Shown piece after piece: positions 48,507 to 49,807 of a stretch of DNA of 49,807 nt (the first letter of the stretch is position 1; the number at the start of each line of letters is the position of its first letter). The notes beneath the pieces are model-generated. The model had not been told where the DNA came from, searched no databases, and saw only the letters and a program-made list of their open reading frames with translations. The position numbers and the translations under genes are program-made. Source of the stretch: Gemmatimonas sp. (GTDB lineage Bacteria > Gemmatimonadota > Gemmatimonadetes > Gemmatimonadales > Gemmatimonadaceae); assembly GCA_031414535.1 (NCBI GenBank), contig JANNVQ010000009.1, positions 1 to 49,807 on the forward strand. The letters run 5' to 3'.

Positions 48507-48959
48507 TCAGGGGACGCGGAGTTTCTCGCCAAGGTCTGAGACACCCCACTCTTCGGCGACCTTACCGTCCTCGAACCGCGTGACGATCATGGTCTCCCAC
48601 GTGATCGTGCGCCCCGAGGCCGGCACGCCCATGAAATCCGCCTGATGGGTGCCGCGATGCGTGCGCAGCCAGGTGATGCGATCACCGTCCTTCGCGAGAA
48701 TCTGGATTTCGGTGCGAAGGTCGGGGAACGCCTTGCGGAGTTCGGCGACGAAGCCTTCGATCAGCTCGGGTCCTCCGCGCACCTCTCCGCCCCCCGAGTG
48801 GCCGACGTAGGAGGCGGCAAACGCGTCACGCGCGTAGGCCGCGTTGCCCTTGTTCAGTAGCTCATCGTTCGCCGTGCGGAGCGCGGGCTCCCAGTCGGCT
48901 GGCGGGGGGGCGCAGGCGCATAGCGCGAGTAACAGCGCCAAAGCCGAGACTGCTCGCAT
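48507..48959 (-). CDS. SnoaL-like ester cyclase lipoprotein (cassette 17)
   Basis: Lipobox CAC; AFPDL...GD...GTH..FMGVPASGR...RFEDGKVAEEW; AGGAGG RBS. Confidence 0.9.
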   Translation of the reverse strand: MRAVSALALLLALCACAPPPADWEPALRTANDELLNKGNAAYARDAFAASYVGHSGGGEVRGGPELIEGFVAELRKAFPDLRTEIQILAKDGDRITWLRTHRGTHQADFMGVPASGRTITWETMIVTRFEDGKVAEEWGVSDLGEKLRVP

Positions 48960-49039
48960 ACTTCCTCCTTGAAGGGGTACCAGCCAGGTCCCGGGTATGG
49001 GACCAAATCCGTTCGAAGAAAGGCGAAAGCGGGATGTCA

Positions 49040-49177
49040 GCCTAACGTGTGCTTCTGCTGTGAACGCTTCAATAGAAAGCAGTTGTGGGGCGGCCGCTAG
49101 GCCGTGCGTGTTCGGAATATCGGCCGCCCCACAACTGCATCCTTCGCCGCGTTCATCAGCAGCAAGCGTCGTTAGGG
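49040..49177 (-). repeat. attC site 17
   Basis: gcctaac...gttaggg. Confidence 0.9.
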
Positions 49178-49612
49178 CGCCGGCTCTGGGCGCTCGGCTG
49201 TTTCAAGTCGATCTCGCGATGGTGTGAGCGCACCTTGGCAGAGTATCGCACCAGCAATCAATACGCCGATGCACAGCACGATTGCCTGAATCCGCACAAC
49301 GACTGTGGGGGCGATGACGGCGCCCCACGCACAGAGCGCTGCTAAGGGAAGCGCGCTCAGACTGCCGACCAGCGCGCGCCGCACCGCACTCGTCGCCAAC
49401 GGCGCGGCTACAGCGAAAAGGAAGGCGCCGAGAATTGTGAGACCGAATACCAAAGTCGTCGCAGTATACGCGTCGGACGGCGCGCCTCCGTAAGTGCGCG
49501 TGGTACCATTCTTCCAGTCGACGAAGGGGATGGAAAGCACAAAGCATACGAGCACGACTGCAACGGCGATGAGTGCCGTGACGCGAAGTCGTCGGACGAG
49601 CGGCCACTCCAT
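49172..49612 (-). CDS. Hypothetical membrane protein, about 4 TM (cassette 18)
   Basis: Hydrophobic ORF from MEWPLV; stop inside the attC core. Confidence 0.65.
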   Translation of the reverse strand: MEWPLVRRLRVTALIAVAVVLVCFVLSIPFVDWKNGTTRTYGGAPSDAYTATTLVFGLTILGAFLFAVAAPLATSAVRRALVGSLSALPLAALCAWGAVIAPTVVVRIQAIVLCIGVLIAGAILCQGALTPSRDRLETAERPEPAP

Positions 49613-49677
49613 GAATGGCGCGTCGGAGTTTGCGGAGGTCGGCAAAGAGTGCGAAGTCCCTTCGTGCAATCGAGTCG

Positions 49678-49807
49678 CCCTAACGTGTGCTTCTGCTGCA
49701 GCCGCTTCCATAAAAAGCAGTTGTGGGGCAGCCGCAGGCTGTCCCATAGGATAGTGCTTGCGCCCCACAACTGCATCCTTAGCGCGGCTGACGGCAGCAA
49801 GCGTCGT
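49678..49807 (-). repeat. attC site 18 (cut by the window end)
   Basis: ccctaacgtgtgcttctgctgc...ggcagcaagcgtcgt. Confidence 0.88.

Larger units (their letters stand above)
29959..49807 (-). mobile_element. Integron gene-cassette array (18 cassettes, 19 attC sites); integrase not in window
   Basis: Repeated palindromic sites with canonical attC geometry on the minus strand (e.g. GCCTAAC-GACGC-TTGCTGCT...AGCAGAA-GCACAC-GTTAGGC) separate short cassettes, mostly of 1-2 genes. The 7-bp cores at the two ends of each cassette are complementary. Confidence 0.93.

Noticed and set aside
30209..49800. ORFs sharing peptides such as NVCFCC..HKKQLWG, LTCASAAAASIK or FMEAAAAEAHV
   Set aside because: These are translations of the attC repeats in different frames, not a protein family. 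They also wrongly extend several ORF starts.
30616..49807. CRISPR array interpretation of the recurring repeat
   Set aside because: Repeats are 95-144 bp, the intervals are gene-sized and coding, there are no cas genes, and the geometry is that of attC.
1..49807. Integron integrase, rRNA or tRNA genes
   Set aside because: I saw no tyrosine-recombinase motifs and no recognisable structural RNA genes in the window.

Overview
High-GC bacterial DNA; the gene content (SusC/SusD pair, 6-bladed propeller and carboxypeptidase-like secreted proteins) suggests Gemmatimonadota, which is an inference. The left half (1-28.3 kb) holds an MscS gene, a kaiC-kaiB locus without kaiA surrounded by three hybrid histidine kinases, a SusC-SusD-nuclease/PKD cluster, an Ntn-hydrolase acylase, and a degenerate orphan attC at 1.4 kb. 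The right half (29.96 kb to the window end) is a minus-strand integron cassette array: 18 cassettes bounded by 19 attC sites of 95-144 bp (the first cut by an IS30 element, the last by the window edge), with no integrase in the window. Cassettes carry four toxin-antitoxin pairs, secreted proteins, an inverted ECF sigma/VOC pair and several defence-like genes. The most interesting element is a single ~5.4-kb cassette (42101-47495). It contains a retron-like system: a structured RNA whose terminal inverted repeat pairs over the RBS and AUG of a small protein, then the small protein, an XRE HTH and a retron-type reverse transcriptase. These are followed by a PutP-like Na+/solute symporter and an EgtD-like methyltransferase.
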